Origin: Candidatus Kaiserbacteria bacterium
GTDB lineage: Bacteria; Patescibacteriota; Minisyncoccia; Phycocordibacterales; UBA918
Assembly (NCBI GenBank): GCA_031430855.1
Contig: JANPCG010000013.1
Location: 99,781 to 163,780, forward strand
Reading direction: 5' to 3'
DNA: 64,000 bases
The notes under the pieces were generated by a model that was given only the letters and a program-made list of their open reading frames with translations, ran no database searches and was not told the DNA's origin. The position numbers were made by a program, and so were the translations under genes. Positions 39,928-50,095 of this stretch are shown piece by piece; positions within the stretch are counted from its first letter, which is position 1, and every line of letters begins with the position of its first letter.

Positions 39928-41182
39928 TTTAAATCTTAAAAAAGATGTTACAGTTGTTACGTCTCTATACCATAGCCCATTCGATTTGAACTTGCTGTAC
40001 TTAATTCTATTGGGTAAGACTGGAATACATGTAAATATTATTCTAGATGACATAGATAGTCTGGGTTTAAACAAAAGTAAACCACGAGATGTATACACGG
40101 TAGATACGAAATTTCAATATAGTAAAACTGCTCGCTCTAATCTAAGGCCGCTGACTTTTTTACTCCCCAATCATTTATTTGGCGATCTTACCAAGTCAAA
40201 CTTTAAGGCTCTCGATGAAACGTTATCTTTGGTTAAGTTGAAGCAGATATTTGGTGGATCCTTGAACCTGGAATCGATGATACAAAAGTTCACTACTGTC
40301 TTTGGCCAATCGTCAATCGTAGGTCCTGATAAAGCTTTTGGTTTCTGTGAAGTTGACCAGGAATTTATTAACTCAATACAAAAACAAACTCAAAAGGTAT
40401 TAGATTTAATTGTTGAAAATAACTTTTGTGATAACAAAATTTTTGAACGACATAAAAAAATTTTTGCAATCAGACCCTTGAAAGGGGAATTGATAGTTAG
40501 TTATTACTTGAAGTTTTTGGAAAATATTATTGAAATTTTTGACCTACCTAACATTACAATCTCAAAAATGACCTCCTTTGGAAAAAAAAATATTAATCTT
40601 TACAATGATTTTTTGTCTAATCCCAATTTCAGGGATGTATATCAAGAAGCTTTAGTAATTGATGGCAACAAGAGTGAAGGTGACCTACCGTTTTATCTCA
40701 TTGATGAAAAAGACGGAAATAGAATGCTGGTAGTTACTAATGAATGTACAGAAAGCGATTCGTACTTTCTTAGCCCAAAAGTTCTTATGTTGAACAACTT
40801 TATAAATTTAGTTTTGCCTTTCGATGCTCATTCTAAGCAAAATGTTCAAGCTCGGGAAGTGATGTATAAGTCTGGTTTAGTGAACTGTAGCCAGATATTT
40901 TTAAATGACAATTGGCTCAACTATTTAGAAAAGTTTGATATAAAAATTGGACACTATTCAGCCGAGTTCTTTGATAAGAAATTCTGTAAGAAATTAGCGA
41001 TAAATGAAGAAAATCTTGCAGTGCTCACAACTTCTGAAAAAGACAATTTGAGAAACTGGTTTATTGACAGTACTAAAAGTTCAATTGCTCATTTGAAATA
41101 CCCAATACTATTCCTGGTTATTTTTGGTGATGATATTTTCTGTAGAAATCCAGAATCTCTAGATTTCTATGAACTTGGTTAG
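39920..41182 (+). CDS. Hypothetical protein
   Basis: 420 aa ORF overlapping the methyltransferase stop; no confident family. Confidence 0.6.
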   Translation: MYNLNLKKDVTVVTSLYHSPFDLNLLYLILLGKTGIHVNIILDDIDSLGLNKSKPRDVYTVDTKFQYSKTARSNLRPLTFLLPNHLFGDLTKSNFKALDETLSLVKLKQIFGGSLNLESMIQKFTTVFGQSSIVGPDKAFGFCEVDQEFINSIQKQTQKVLDLIVENNFCDNKIFERHKKIFAIRPLKGELIVSYYLKFLENIIEIFDLPNITISKMTSFGKKNINLYNDFLSNPNFRDVYQEALVIDGNKSEGDLPFYLIDEKDGNRMLVVTNECTESDSYFLSPKVLMLNNFINLVLPFDAHSKQNVQAREVMYKSGLVNCSQIFLNDNWLNYLEKFDIKIGHYSAEFFDKKFCKKLAINEENLAVLTTSEKDNLRNWFIDSTKSSIAHLKYPILFLVIFGDDIFCRNPESLDFYELG

Positions 41183-41185
41183 GGT

Positions 41186-42097
41186 TTATTTATAAACGTA
41201 CTGAATACTTTTATTTTCTGATAATCGAGCTAGACCACTGTACGAAAGAGTTAGTATAATTTTTTCATTATAAATATGAATATTTTTACTGAGTTCAAAT
41301 AGTGAATGATCTGAGGTTTGGTTAAGTATTCTATTTTGATTAGGCAAAAAAGAATCTTCATCAAATTTTGTATATCCACCTGCGACAAGATATTGTCTCC
41401 CTCCCAATCTCTTTAAAATCTGTATAGATGCTGAGAAGTTATCTTTGGATAACGATAATAGATTAGAATTTATATCAGCGTATGTTCCTAAAAAAATCGC
41501 TTCACCAACTCTTAGTTCAATCTTAGTGCCTGATCGAAAATTAATCATATCTATTGAGGGTATAAGATTAGAGCTTCCAAGTGAGACGGTGGTTACATGA
41601 ATGCCATTTCGACTAAATCTATCAACCATTTCTTTCCAAGCATAAAAATACTCGCTTATCGAGAAGTCTTTCTTAAAACACCCGACATTACTTGCTAGTA
41701 TAACTTGTGATAAACCCAACAACTTAAGTTTGATAGTTAGCTTATTTATATCTTGTAAGTCCACTCCTTCACGATCGTCCATTAGGTTCATAAAAATAAT
41801 TTGTGTGTTTCTGCTCTTACTATTTAAAGCGTCAATTGAGTCAATGATTTCTGTTGCACCATATTCTTGATTCGCATTAAAACCTGCAGGAAACCAAATA
41901 TTTTTATACCGCAAAGTCGTAATGTTTTTTTCTTTCAAATCATAAAACAAATCATGTTCTTTAGTGAACGAGGGTAAGTATTCTGTGAGGTCAATTGATT
42001 TTGTAACTACACGCAATGAAACCCTTTTTTCATTCAAAAAAGATTTAATCTTATAAAAATTATCCGTTACACCCTTGTCGTTGACAATCAATTCCAT
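41186..42097 (-). CDS. PLP-dependent amino-acid racemase (alanine/ornithine racemase-like)
   Basis: VVTKS (PLP Lys), DDREGV, NVGCF, VSLGSS, ELRVGEAIFLG. Confidence 0.75.
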   Translation of the reverse strand: MELIVNDKGVTDNFYKIKSFLNEKRVSLRVVTKSIDLTEYLPSFTKEHDLFYDLKEKNITTLRYKNIWFPAGFNANQEYGATEIIDSIDALNSKSRNTQIIFMNLMDDREGVDLQDINKLTIKLKLLGLSQVILASNVGCFKKDFSISEYFYAWKEMVDRFSRNGIHVTTVSLGSSNLIPSIDMINFRSGTKIELRVGEAIFLGTYADINSNLLSLSKDNFSASIQILKRLGGRQYLVAGGYTKFDEDSFLPNQNRILNQTSDHSLFELSKNIHIYNEKIILTLSYSGLARLSENKSIQYVYK

Positions 42098-42123
42098 TTA
42101 GAGTATTAATTATACAACAAACT

Positions 42124-43116
42124 ATGAAAAAACATAGACTAGTTGTAATTTTTGGTGGCGTATCGAAAGAACATGACGTTTCGCTTATGTCTGCAAAGAA
42201 TTTTTATTATCAAACCAGTAGTGTCTTTGATATTGGACTCATATATATATCTAAAGAAGGTGGGTGGTATATCATGGGTAGTGTTGAAGATGTTGACGAT
42301 CTCACTTTGTTCAATGAGAATCAAGAATCCTGTCTAGATTTACTCCATTCGGCAGATTATGTCTTTCCGATAGTACACGGAAACCAGGGCGAGGACGGTC
42401 AAATTAGCGGCTTTCTTGAATTGATGGGGGTTAAAAATCTTTGCACTGATACTGAATCATCATCTGTTTGCTTTAACAAAAAACTCACAAAAGTCATTGC
42501 ACAAAACAAAAATATTCCAGTTGTGTCATACAAAGCAATGCGAAAGGAGGATGTCTCAGATATGAGCAAATCTTTTCAAGACCTTGAAGCAAGGTTTGGT
42601 GCACCATTTATAATTAAACCAAATCGATCAGGTTCTTCATTTGGTGTCAGTAAGGCTTCTAATGTTGAGAGTTTTGAACACGCAGTTCATGAAGCTTTTA
42701 AATATGATTCCGAAATTATCATTGAAAAATATATTTCAGGTCGAGAGTTATCGTGTGTTATTCTGGGAAACCCAGATAAATATTTAATTACTGGAATTGG
42801 TGAGGACGACACAAAAGGAGATTTTAACACCTATGAAGTTAAGTATTTTTCTGAAAAAGCGGAGTTAATCATACCAGCAAACATTGATCAATGCGTTACA
42901 AAACAAATACAAGAATATTCTGTAACCTTAATGAAAGAACTTAATATTAACGGGTTTGCTAGATATGACTTCTTCCTAAGTGGAGATGATGTATATCTAA
43001 ATGAAATAAACTCATGTCCAGGTATGACAAACCACAGTCTTTTTCCACTTCTTTTGAGTCATAGTCACATCACACTTGCCGATACTGTTAAATTTTTGAT
43101 AGAGAACTATGGATAG
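42124..43116 (+). CDS. ddl: D-alanine--D-alanine ligase family protein
   Basis: FGGVSKEHDVSL.SA, FPIVHG..GEDG, KP...GSSFG, YEVKY, NEINSCPGMT. Confidence 0.92.
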   Translation: MKKHRLVVIFGGVSKEHDVSLMSAKNFYYQTSSVFDIGLIYISKEGGWYIMGSVEDVDDLTLFNENQESCLDLLHSADYVFPIVHGNQGEDGQISGFLELMGVKNLCTDTESSSVCFNKKLTKVIAQNKNIPVVSYKAMRKEDVSDMSKSFQDLEARFGAPFIIKPNRSGSSFGVSKASNVESFEHAVHEAFKYDSEIIIEKYISGRELSCVILGNPDKYLITGIGEDDTKGDFNTYEVKYFSEKAELIIPANIDQCVTKQIQEYSVTLMKELNINGFARYDFFLSGDDVYLNEINSCPGMTNHSLFPLLLSHSHITLADTVKFLIENYG

Positions 43117-44353
43117 GCTATTTTTACGAATTTACGAATTCTTGGCGCTAAGAATCCTCGAGAAATTTAAACCTCTCATAGTTGCGGTTACAGGTACTGT
43201 TGGCAAGACCACAACGAAAGATGCAATATACAATCTGCTATCGAAAGAAATTGATGTTCGTGTTGATAGGTCACCTAAAAGTTACAATTCTGATTTTGGT
43301 GTGCCTGTATCGATTTTTTTAGTAAAAGAGTCAAAGGGTGATATGGTTTCAAAATTCAGAGATTTATTACAAGGCCTCGCAACCTATTTTGGAAATAATT
43401 ACCCAGATATATTGATACTTGAGATTGGAACAAACAGTCCAGGTGACATGAAGAGGATTGCTTCTTGGCTAAAGATTGATATCTTGATTTATACACTTAT
43501 TTCAGACGAATCACCGCATCTTGATACATTTAAAAGTCCTGCTTTGTATTTTGAGGAGAAGATTTCTTTATTGAAGGCAATAAAAAATAATGGCACGTTA
43601 TTGGTAAATACAACAGATGACAAAACAAAGTTCATAGTGAGTGCCGTGCCAGAAAACGTTCGGGTGGAGCTGTATACTCCCAAATCTCTAAAGATTACCA
43701 CAGAGTTTAAATTCGTAGTGCAAAATGGTCAAATAGTTTCTGTATTAGCCGATGCTAGTAGTGATCTACAGGTACAATTTATTAGATGTTTTGGAGTACA
43801 GCATCAAAATGCGTTGCAAATTGCAGTGCATGTTTACAAAACTATTTTTAAAAAACCACCTAACAATTCTATATCCTTGAAGTACGCTTCTGCACCTGGT
43901 CGAATGAATTTATTATTAGGTAAAAACGGCTCATATATTGTTGATGATAGTTTCAATAGCTCTCCTCCTGCGCTTATTAATGCAATTCACGAGACCGCTC
44001 ACGCCTTTGAGCACTTAAAGAAAATTGCTGTTATTGGGGACATGCTAGGTTTAGATACCCGAGAGAAGGTCAATAGAAGAGAAATTTGCCGTTTACTTTC
44101 AAAGAAATATGATACAATCTTGTTTGTTGGCAGTACTTTTAAAGTTGAGGATGTTGAAACAAATGAAGAAAAATATTTATTCTTTACTAATCATGAGTCA
44201 GCCATGCGTGTTCTAATAAACCAAAAATTAGCTAACACAGTGATACTCTTCAAAGGTGCTCAATCGTCACGTTTAGAGAAAATTATTGAGCAGATACTAA
44301 AAAATCCGTTAGATAAAAAATTTCTCTCACGACAAGAAAACTACTGGAATTAG
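43109..44353 (+). CDS. murF: MurF-like Mur ligase
   Basis: VTGTVGKTTTKD, SYNSDFG, LEIG, PGRM, DDSFNSSP, IGDML. Confidence 0.8.
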   Translation: MDRLFLRIYEFLALRILEKFKPLIVAVTGTVGKTTTKDAIYNLLSKEIDVRVDRSPKSYNSDFGVPVSIFLVKESKGDMVSKFRDLLQGLATYFGNNYPDILILEIGTNSPGDMKRIASWLKIDILIYTLISDESPHLDTFKSPALYFEEKISLLKAIKNNGTLLVNTTDDKTKFIVSAVPENVRVELYTPKSLKITTEFKFVVQNGQIVSVLADASSDLQVQFIRCFGVQHQNALQIAVHVYKTIFKKPPNNSISLKYASAPGRMNLLLGKNGSYIVDDSFNSSPPALINAIHETAHAFEHLKKIAVIGDMLGLDTREKVNRREICRLLSKKYDTILFVGSTFKVEDVETNEEKYLFFTNHESAMRVLINQKLANTVILFKGAQSSRLEKIIEQILKNPLDKKFLSRQENYWN

Positions 44354-44382
44354 GAGCGGTCAGTAATTAATAAAACTACAAC

Positions 44383-45576
44383 ATGAATAAGCTAAATAAA
44401 TCACAATCACAATCATTTAAAGAAAATGGGTTTATCTTAATCGAAAATGCTATTCCCGAAAATGTGATTGTGAATCAATTAGAAGCACTACATGCTTTGT
44501 TTGGTCTCAATGGGCATGAGAAGGCTGAGAGAGATTATTTTGCAACAAACGCAGTAAGTAAGAGCGATCCGGTACTTGATTTTATTGATGATGAAAACTT
44601 TTTCCCATACATCTTAGATCTATTGGGGCCATTCATTCAATTGTCATCATCGCATGTTTTGATTAGGCCGGGCGCAAAAAGTTTTGACCTTCCTATGCAT
44701 GTAGATGGTGGAGCATGTATGGAATCAGTCATACCTGAAGTCGCACATTTTCCGCTACAAGTTAAAGTACAAATCTTTTTGACTGATGTCATAAATGAAG
44801 ACTCAGGCAATTTTGTCCTGGTCCCCGGGTCACATAAAAATAAGTTTCCGTTTTACGATAAAAACTCACTCCTTTCAATGAAAGGAAATTCTGTTCAACT
44901 AGTGGCAAAAAGAGGTGATATTGCTATATTTACCAATAATCTATGGCACAGTGCCGCTGTAAATAACTCACAGAATGACAGAAAGAGTATCATCCTAGGA
45001 TACAGTCAGATGTTTTTGAGGTCTTTTGACTATGTGCAGGCTGATGAAAAAACGCTCAATCGAGCAACGGCGAGACAAAAGCTGCTGCTTGGAGATATTG
45101 GATATATACAGCCTCAAGCGAAGTATTACCCTCCGAGCGATTTTATCACTAAAATTGAAAATATATCTTCTTTTGAGATTGAAGATTTATTGAAAAAAGA
45201 CTGGTCAATTATAAATGGAAACCAATTTCATGGTAACGGTAATAGTGAGAGTTTTAACTTCGAGATGATAAAAGAGGAGGGGGATGATTTTGTTACATGG
45301 GAGCAAGTAGAGTCTCGACTTCCCATATTGGAAGAAAAAAACAGTAAAACATTTGCTACATACGCTGACGCTAAGTTCCTTGTTGATAATCAAGAGTTAA
45401 TTCCATCTTCTCTTACAGAAAAGAATCTTATTTTTGCGGGAACTAAGTTTAAGTCAAGTACAGGCCATCATCACTACTCAGTTTTAAGCTTTGTGAATGG
45501 AAAATGGAAAATGGGTATGTATTGGATACTTTTTGAGTTTCATGAAAACGAATACATGGCATTAAAACCTCTCTAG
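44383..45576 (+). CDS. Fe(II)/2-oxoglutarate dioxygenase (PhyH-like) with an extra C-terminal domain
   Basis: F.ENGF, HVD, VPGSHK, LWHSA..N....RKS motifs. Confidence 0.85.
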   Translation: MNKLNKSQSQSFKENGFILIENAIPENVIVNQLEALHALFGLNGHEKAERDYFATNAVSKSDPVLDFIDDENFFPYILDLLGPFIQLSSSHVLIRPGAKSFDLPMHVDGGACMESVIPEVAHFPLQVKVQIFLTDVINEDSGNFVLVPGSHKNKFPFYDKNSLLSMKGNSVQLVAKRGDIAIFTNNLWHSAAVNNSQNDRKSIILGYSQMFLRSFDYVQADEKTLNRATARQKLLLGDIGYIQPQAKYYPPSDFITKIENISSFEIEDLLKKDWSIINGNQFHGNGNSESFNFEMIKEEGDDFVTWEQVESRLPILEEKNSKTFATYADAKFLVDNQELIPSSLTEKNLIFAGTKFKSSTGHHHYSVLSFVNGKWKMGMYWILFEFHENEYMALKPL

Positions 45577-46518
45577 GATGAGTGTATAGATGTTTTCTAA
45601 TGCTAATAAGTACTCACTTGTAATCTCGAAATTATTTTCCATATCCGGTGAGGAATTGTACTCAATTACTGTAAGGTCATTCACGCTAGAAACCTGGTCT
45701 AATTCTTTGGAAATAAACAGATCAAGACCAACCAGGTCAAGTCCTGTTGCAGAAGTCACATATCTGAGTATCTCGTCAAGAACTTTATTCTGATTTCCAA
45801 CAAAGATAGAAGTGCCACCCTTAGACAGGTTTTTTCCAAAAGAGAGTGGGATTCGCACTTTCTCTCCAGCTACGCTTGTCAAAGCGAGGTTCTCTCGCTC
45901 CAAGATAAACTGTACTTGTGAATCGTTTATATTCAACTGTGTATTTCTATTCTTTGATTCGAACTCTGTCTGTTTGTCTGTAATTAAATCTTTGATTGAG
46001 CGTCGACCGTCACCAACAATACTTGACTGAATTCGTTCATAAAACTGTAAGATTTCACCTTTGAATAATACAACCCTGTACTCTCTTGACTCTATATACT
46101 CCTGAACCACGAAGTCAATTTTTTTTTCTGTAAATAAATTAACAATTTTTTTAAATTCTAATGGATTGCTCACCTTGAATAAATTATTACCGCCTGTGCC
46201 TGTGACGGGTTTTATTATGAACCGTGTACCCTTTTCAGAAAAGATACCTGCCACATCATTTATTTCACTGGGAGTGAGTTCTTTCGGAGTAGGGATCTTC
46301 GCATCTTGTAATAGTACTGAAGAAAGCTTCTTGTTGCCTGCTATAAATGATGAAGCTTCATTATTTACATTTAGAGTTCCGTACGCAAAGAAGAACCTTT
46401 TGTTACCAATTTTTATGTAACCCGTATCCTGTTCTCCAGGCAGTAAATTAAACCCATACTTCTTCTTTGAAGAGATTTCTTTTAAGATGTTAGTCACTAT
46501 AGATTTTGATGTATTCAT
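45562..46518 (-). CDS. ATP-grasp ligase resembling the cyanophycin synthetase N-terminal/GshF C-terminal region
   Basis: IIKP..G.GG, VQEYI...EYRV, VGDG..SI..LI, NLSKGG, GLD, IEYNSSP. Confidence 0.82.
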   Translation of the reverse strand: MNTSKSIVTNILKEISSKKKYGFNLLPGEQDTGYIKIGNKRFFFAYGTLNVNNEASSFIAGNKKLSSVLLQDAKIPTPKELTPSEINDVAGIFSEKGTRFIIKPVTGTGGNNLFKVSNPLEFKKIVNLFTEKKIDFVVQEYIESREYRVVLFKGEILQFYERIQSSIVGDGRRSIKDLITDKQTEFESKNRNTQLNINDSQVQFILERENLALTSVAGEKVRIPLSFGKNLSKGGTSIFVGNQNKVLDEILRYVTSATGLDLVGLDLFISKELDQVSSVNDLTVIEYNSSPDMENNFEITSEYLLALENIYTLILERF

Positions 46519-46917
46519 GCTGTTACTTGTATAATAATACATTATTTTGTAAAAAACTCGTATAATCAAACCCTAGGTTCAGTAATTAAGAATAAGTACC
46601 GCCTAGGCGTATACCCTGTAAACTTACTAGACTTGACCGTATATGGCTCTATCTCAAGATGCCAGCGAGCAAAGAAGAGCGCCCGTCAGGCTCTTTTCTG
46701 TTTTTGATTTGATAGCGGGATAAGAAATGAGAAAGTAAGCAGTCCGGGGGACAATTTGACCTGCCGGGGTACTGAGCGGATCATTTTAATGAGCGAAGCG
46801 ATTATAAAATAAACGATACCTGACCGAGTCCAAGTCTGGCAGCAACAGTTTTGAGGTTTATAATTTAGTACTTTTTTTGACAGGAGAATTACACCCGAAC
46901 TTTGATATACTTCTGGT

Positions 46918-47112
46918 ATGAATCCAATTTTCCTTTTTAAAGAGCTCGGTGTACTAAAGGGAAACAAAACAGTACTAGATGTCGGAGCAAGAGACGGAAG
47001 CATTTCTTCAAGATTTATAGAAATGGGAATGAGCGTTGATGCAATCGACATAAACGAACCCGAAATCAAGATAGAAGAAGTCAATTTTGAAACTATTTCA
47101 GTCGGCAAATGA
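46918..47112 (+). pseudogene. Truncated SAM methyltransferase fragment
   Basis: VLDVGARDG motif I, then stop after 64 aa. Confidence 0.6.
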
Positions 47113-47363
47113 GGATTCGTCATATTAAAGACAAGATCCAAAGTGCGATTAATTGTACCAATAATAATCTGCGTAGCTGCGGATAGAATACTATGTCACG
47201 GTATTTATCGTGCCATGGAAGCTCTACAATTTTCCATACAGGTGAGGACTGTCAGCGTTTCGAAAAGTGTGGCGCGGACTTAACACTTGTTGCTATTATA
47301 AAACAACAAACAGTATTGAAGCTGTAGCTTTGAGTCTCTAAAACAGCCACAACTTTACTATAA

Positions 47364-47825
47364 TTACGTTAGTCTACTTCTTAAATTAGACACAAATAAA
47401 TTAAAATCTTCAAAAACTTCTACGCCGTATCTATTGCAGGTGATATCCACGTTTCCTTTTCTCCAGAATTCGTTTGTACAAAACACCGCTATCTCTTTCT
47501 TGGCAGCTAACGCTAACCCTAGCTCAAGCAGTGTTATCGGTGATTTTGTATTTGCGTCGAAATAAAAGCAAATTATGTCAGCTGTTTCTAAAATACCCTC
47601 AAGTTCCCAATTAACTTGATCAAAAAATGGTTTGTTTTGTTTGGTCTGCTCCCAAGAAGAGTCCCAGTCATCGCGTCTCGGATTTAGTACCGTAACATCC
47701 AAATCTCCCAGTTCTTGGATTAAGGCTTTCTGCCAATCCTCAGCAGTACCCATTTCGATACTGCCAGCAAAGAAGATTGTTTTATTAGTTTTAATTACCA
47801 TTTCTGGTGGATTTTTAACAATCAT
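47364..47825 (-). CDS. Nucleoside 2-deoxyribosyltransferase-like protein
   Basis: IFFAGSI, WQ, NPRR, QVNWE, SPITLLELG motifs. Confidence 0.85.
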   Translation of the reverse strand: MIVKNPPEMVIKTNKTIFFAGSIEMGTAEDWQKALIQELGDLDVTVLNPRRDDWDSSWEQTKQNKPFFDQVNWELEGILETADIICFYFDANTKSPITLLELGLALAAKKEIAVFCTNEFWRKGNVDITCNRYGVEVFEDFNLFVSNLRSRLT

Positions 47826-47881
47826 AGCTTTTAGATAGTAGCATATATTTTGGTAATACAGTGATATAATAGAGATTAATT

Positions 47882-49975
47882 ATGATTGAGACCATCAAAA
47901 ACCAGGTTATAAAACTAGGTGTACCGGCTCGCGACTTTGATAGCGATAAAATTAGATTACCCAGTCTTATCTACATGTTCTACTGGATAGAAAGGCTAAA
48001 AAACAACAAAGAAGAACAGAACGTAGTGCTAAATAATGTACTCTCTTATCTAAATGTAGAAAATGATATCTTGAATGATATATTAGAAATCGCATACGAT
48101 AACGATATTGCGCTTTTTTGTGAGCGGTATGTTTTTGAAGAGATGATTCAAGTTAACACGGTCGATTTGGTAATTGAAAAAAGTAGCGGTGCTCACGACA
48201 AAGAAATATTGTTATACAAAAGGGACGCCTTCCCACAGGGGCTAGCCTTGCCGGGCGGAATAGTAAATGAGTCTGATGAAACCAATGAGCTTGGAGTTGA
48301 TGGAAAAATATTTTCGGCACTCCGAGTCGGGGCAGAGAAAGTGCTGTGTTTATCTAAAGAAGATATCGTCTACGAAAAGCGTACAGATCAAAGCAGTAAA
48401 GAGTATTTTTCTGTTTCAAACCTAAACAAAACTAAAAGCTTGACTATACGAGCTAAAGAAATTTATGGGTATGTTTATAATGAAAATATAAAAAATGTCA
48501 TACGACCCTCAGATCCTAGACATATCGCCAACACGGTCGGTTATACGTGTGAATTAATATGTTCTGATTTGCCGCAAGATGAATCATACATTTGGGTTAG
48601 TAAAGAAAGGCTTTTAAAACCAGGTGAGATAAAACTAAGTTTTAATCATCACAAAGAAATAATATTTCACCTATTAGCGAAAAGTAACCTGGACAGAGAA
48701 TTAGATTTTACCGAAGAAGAATTTATTAGAAATATAATTCAAAATCCGTTAGATGAGTACCGTAACTTTAAAAAGAGATTTTTAGAAAATAATAATAATC
48801 AAAACACTTCTTTTCCAGAATTATTTACCGTTGTAAATAAATTATTAACAATGCTCTTCACTGAAGAGATCAATAGTTTGTGCGAAGAAGTTAACGTGCT
48901 CAATGGGATGCGAGACAAGGTGGCAATATCACTCAGGCATACATCTTTGAAAAATAGAGTGTTTTGCCCGTACGCTCCAACCATCAGATCAATTTTTGAA
49001 TCGATTACTTTTTTTGATGTTGTCGCGAGACACAAGAAGAATTTTTATCACGGCCTACCGACCGATAAAATTATTGAGCATAACCCGAGAGAAAAGGAGT
49101 ATTCTTCTTATCATATGTATCGGTATAAATATCGGTTAGATGATATTTTTAGTATGATACCGAGCGAAATTATTATACCTACGTTCGCGTCATTGTCTGC
49201 CACTGATCTGATGAAGATTAGGGGTATTCCGGTACGATTTGTAGGACTCGCTACTGATTTCTTGTATGTAGATGAATTTGAACAGTCTCCCGAAGAGTTC
49301 TTGATGCATGACTGCAATCACTCTTGGAGAATGATACAAGAAGATAATCAGGCCTGTATAGATATGTCACTGAGTAAAGATCTTCTGATAGAAGAATCCA
49401 ATGCATTTATACAAGAATACCTGCCGAGTATAAAAATAAATAAAACAGATACTGAAGAAGAACGAGAAATAAAAAAAATAAAGAAAATAATTTTATTTGA
49501 AATTGTACACGAAGACGCGAGGCCGTTTCTCCGAAAGATAATCGGTGATTATATTCAAGTCAAAGAAGGTGGAGAAGTGAGATTTGAATTGCCGAGAATA
49601 GATCAAGAGACTGGATATATGGATGTGGTCGATACCCTCGATACTGGTATAAGTACATTGTCCTATGTGAGGAATAAGCTTCAGCATGGATTTTACGATC
49701 AAGTTGATTCACAGCTACCCCAAATTGTAAGTCCTAAATACAGAAAATCAGAGTATATAGCTAAAGCAGCCTACCAAATGCTTCGGGAACTGAACGCTGA
49801 TGCTTCCAGCGTTGCGGACCTTGATATTGATGGACTTCCTACTTATGAGTGGTTGTTGCGGAGAGTTTGTTCAGTTGGTCCGGACAATATTCATAACCCT
49901 AACGAAGTCGACGATATCCTGAATCAGTATTCTGATGGAGTAGATAAATTGAATCCCAAGCGATATCAGGCATAG
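47882..49975 (+). CDS. Degenerate NUDIX-like domain fused to an unknown His/Asp-rich domain
   Basis: TVDLVI, ALPGG.V...E, DPRH; C-terminal SPEEFLMHDCNH and FEIVHE. Confidence 0.6.
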   Translation: MIETIKNQVIKLGVPARDFDSDKIRLPSLIYMFYWIERLKNNKEEQNVVLNNVLSYLNVENDILNDILEIAYDNDIALFCERYVFEEMIQVNTVDLVIEKSSGAHDKEILLYKRDAFPQGLALPGGIVNESDETNELGVDGKIFSALRVGAEKVLCLSKEDIVYEKRTDQSSKEYFSVSNLNKTKSLTIRAKEIYGYVYNENIKNVIRPSDPRHIANTVGYTCELICSDLPQDESYIWVSKERLLKPGEIKLSFNHHKEIIFHLLAKSNLDRELDFTEEEFIRNIIQNPLDEYRNFKKRFLENNNNQNTSFPELFTVVNKLLTMLFTEEINSLCEEVNVLNGMRDKVAISLRHTSLKNRVFCPYAPTIRSIFESITFFDVVARHKKNFYHGLPTDKIIEHNPREKEYSSYHMYRYKYRLDDIFSMIPSEIIIPTFASLSATDLMKIRGIPVRFVGLATDFLYVDEFEQSPEEFLMHDCNHSWRMIQEDNQACIDMSLSKDLLIEESNAFIQEYLPSIKINKTDTEEEREIKKIKKIILFEIVHEDARPFLRKIIGDYIQVKEGGEVRFELPRIDQETGYMDVVDTLDTGISTLSYVRNKLQHGFYDQVDSQLPQIVSPKYRKSEYIAKAAYQMLRELNADASSVADLDIDGLPTYEWLLRRVCSVGPDNIHNPNEVDDILNQYSDGVDKLNPKRYQA

Positions 49976-49980
49976 TTATC

Positions 49981-50004
49981 TTTGCCTAGGACTCTCCTAG
50001 GCAA
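49981..50004. repeat. REP-like palindrome, copy 3
   Basis: tttgcctaggactctcctaggcaa just after the stop codon. Confidence 0.75.
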
Positions 50005-50095
50005 GGCTTTGTTAAATGGGTTTTAGCATCGTCCCGGACAGCAAAATCAAATGATACTGGTGCATAATCAGTAAAAACTATGTTTAAATATAAGT

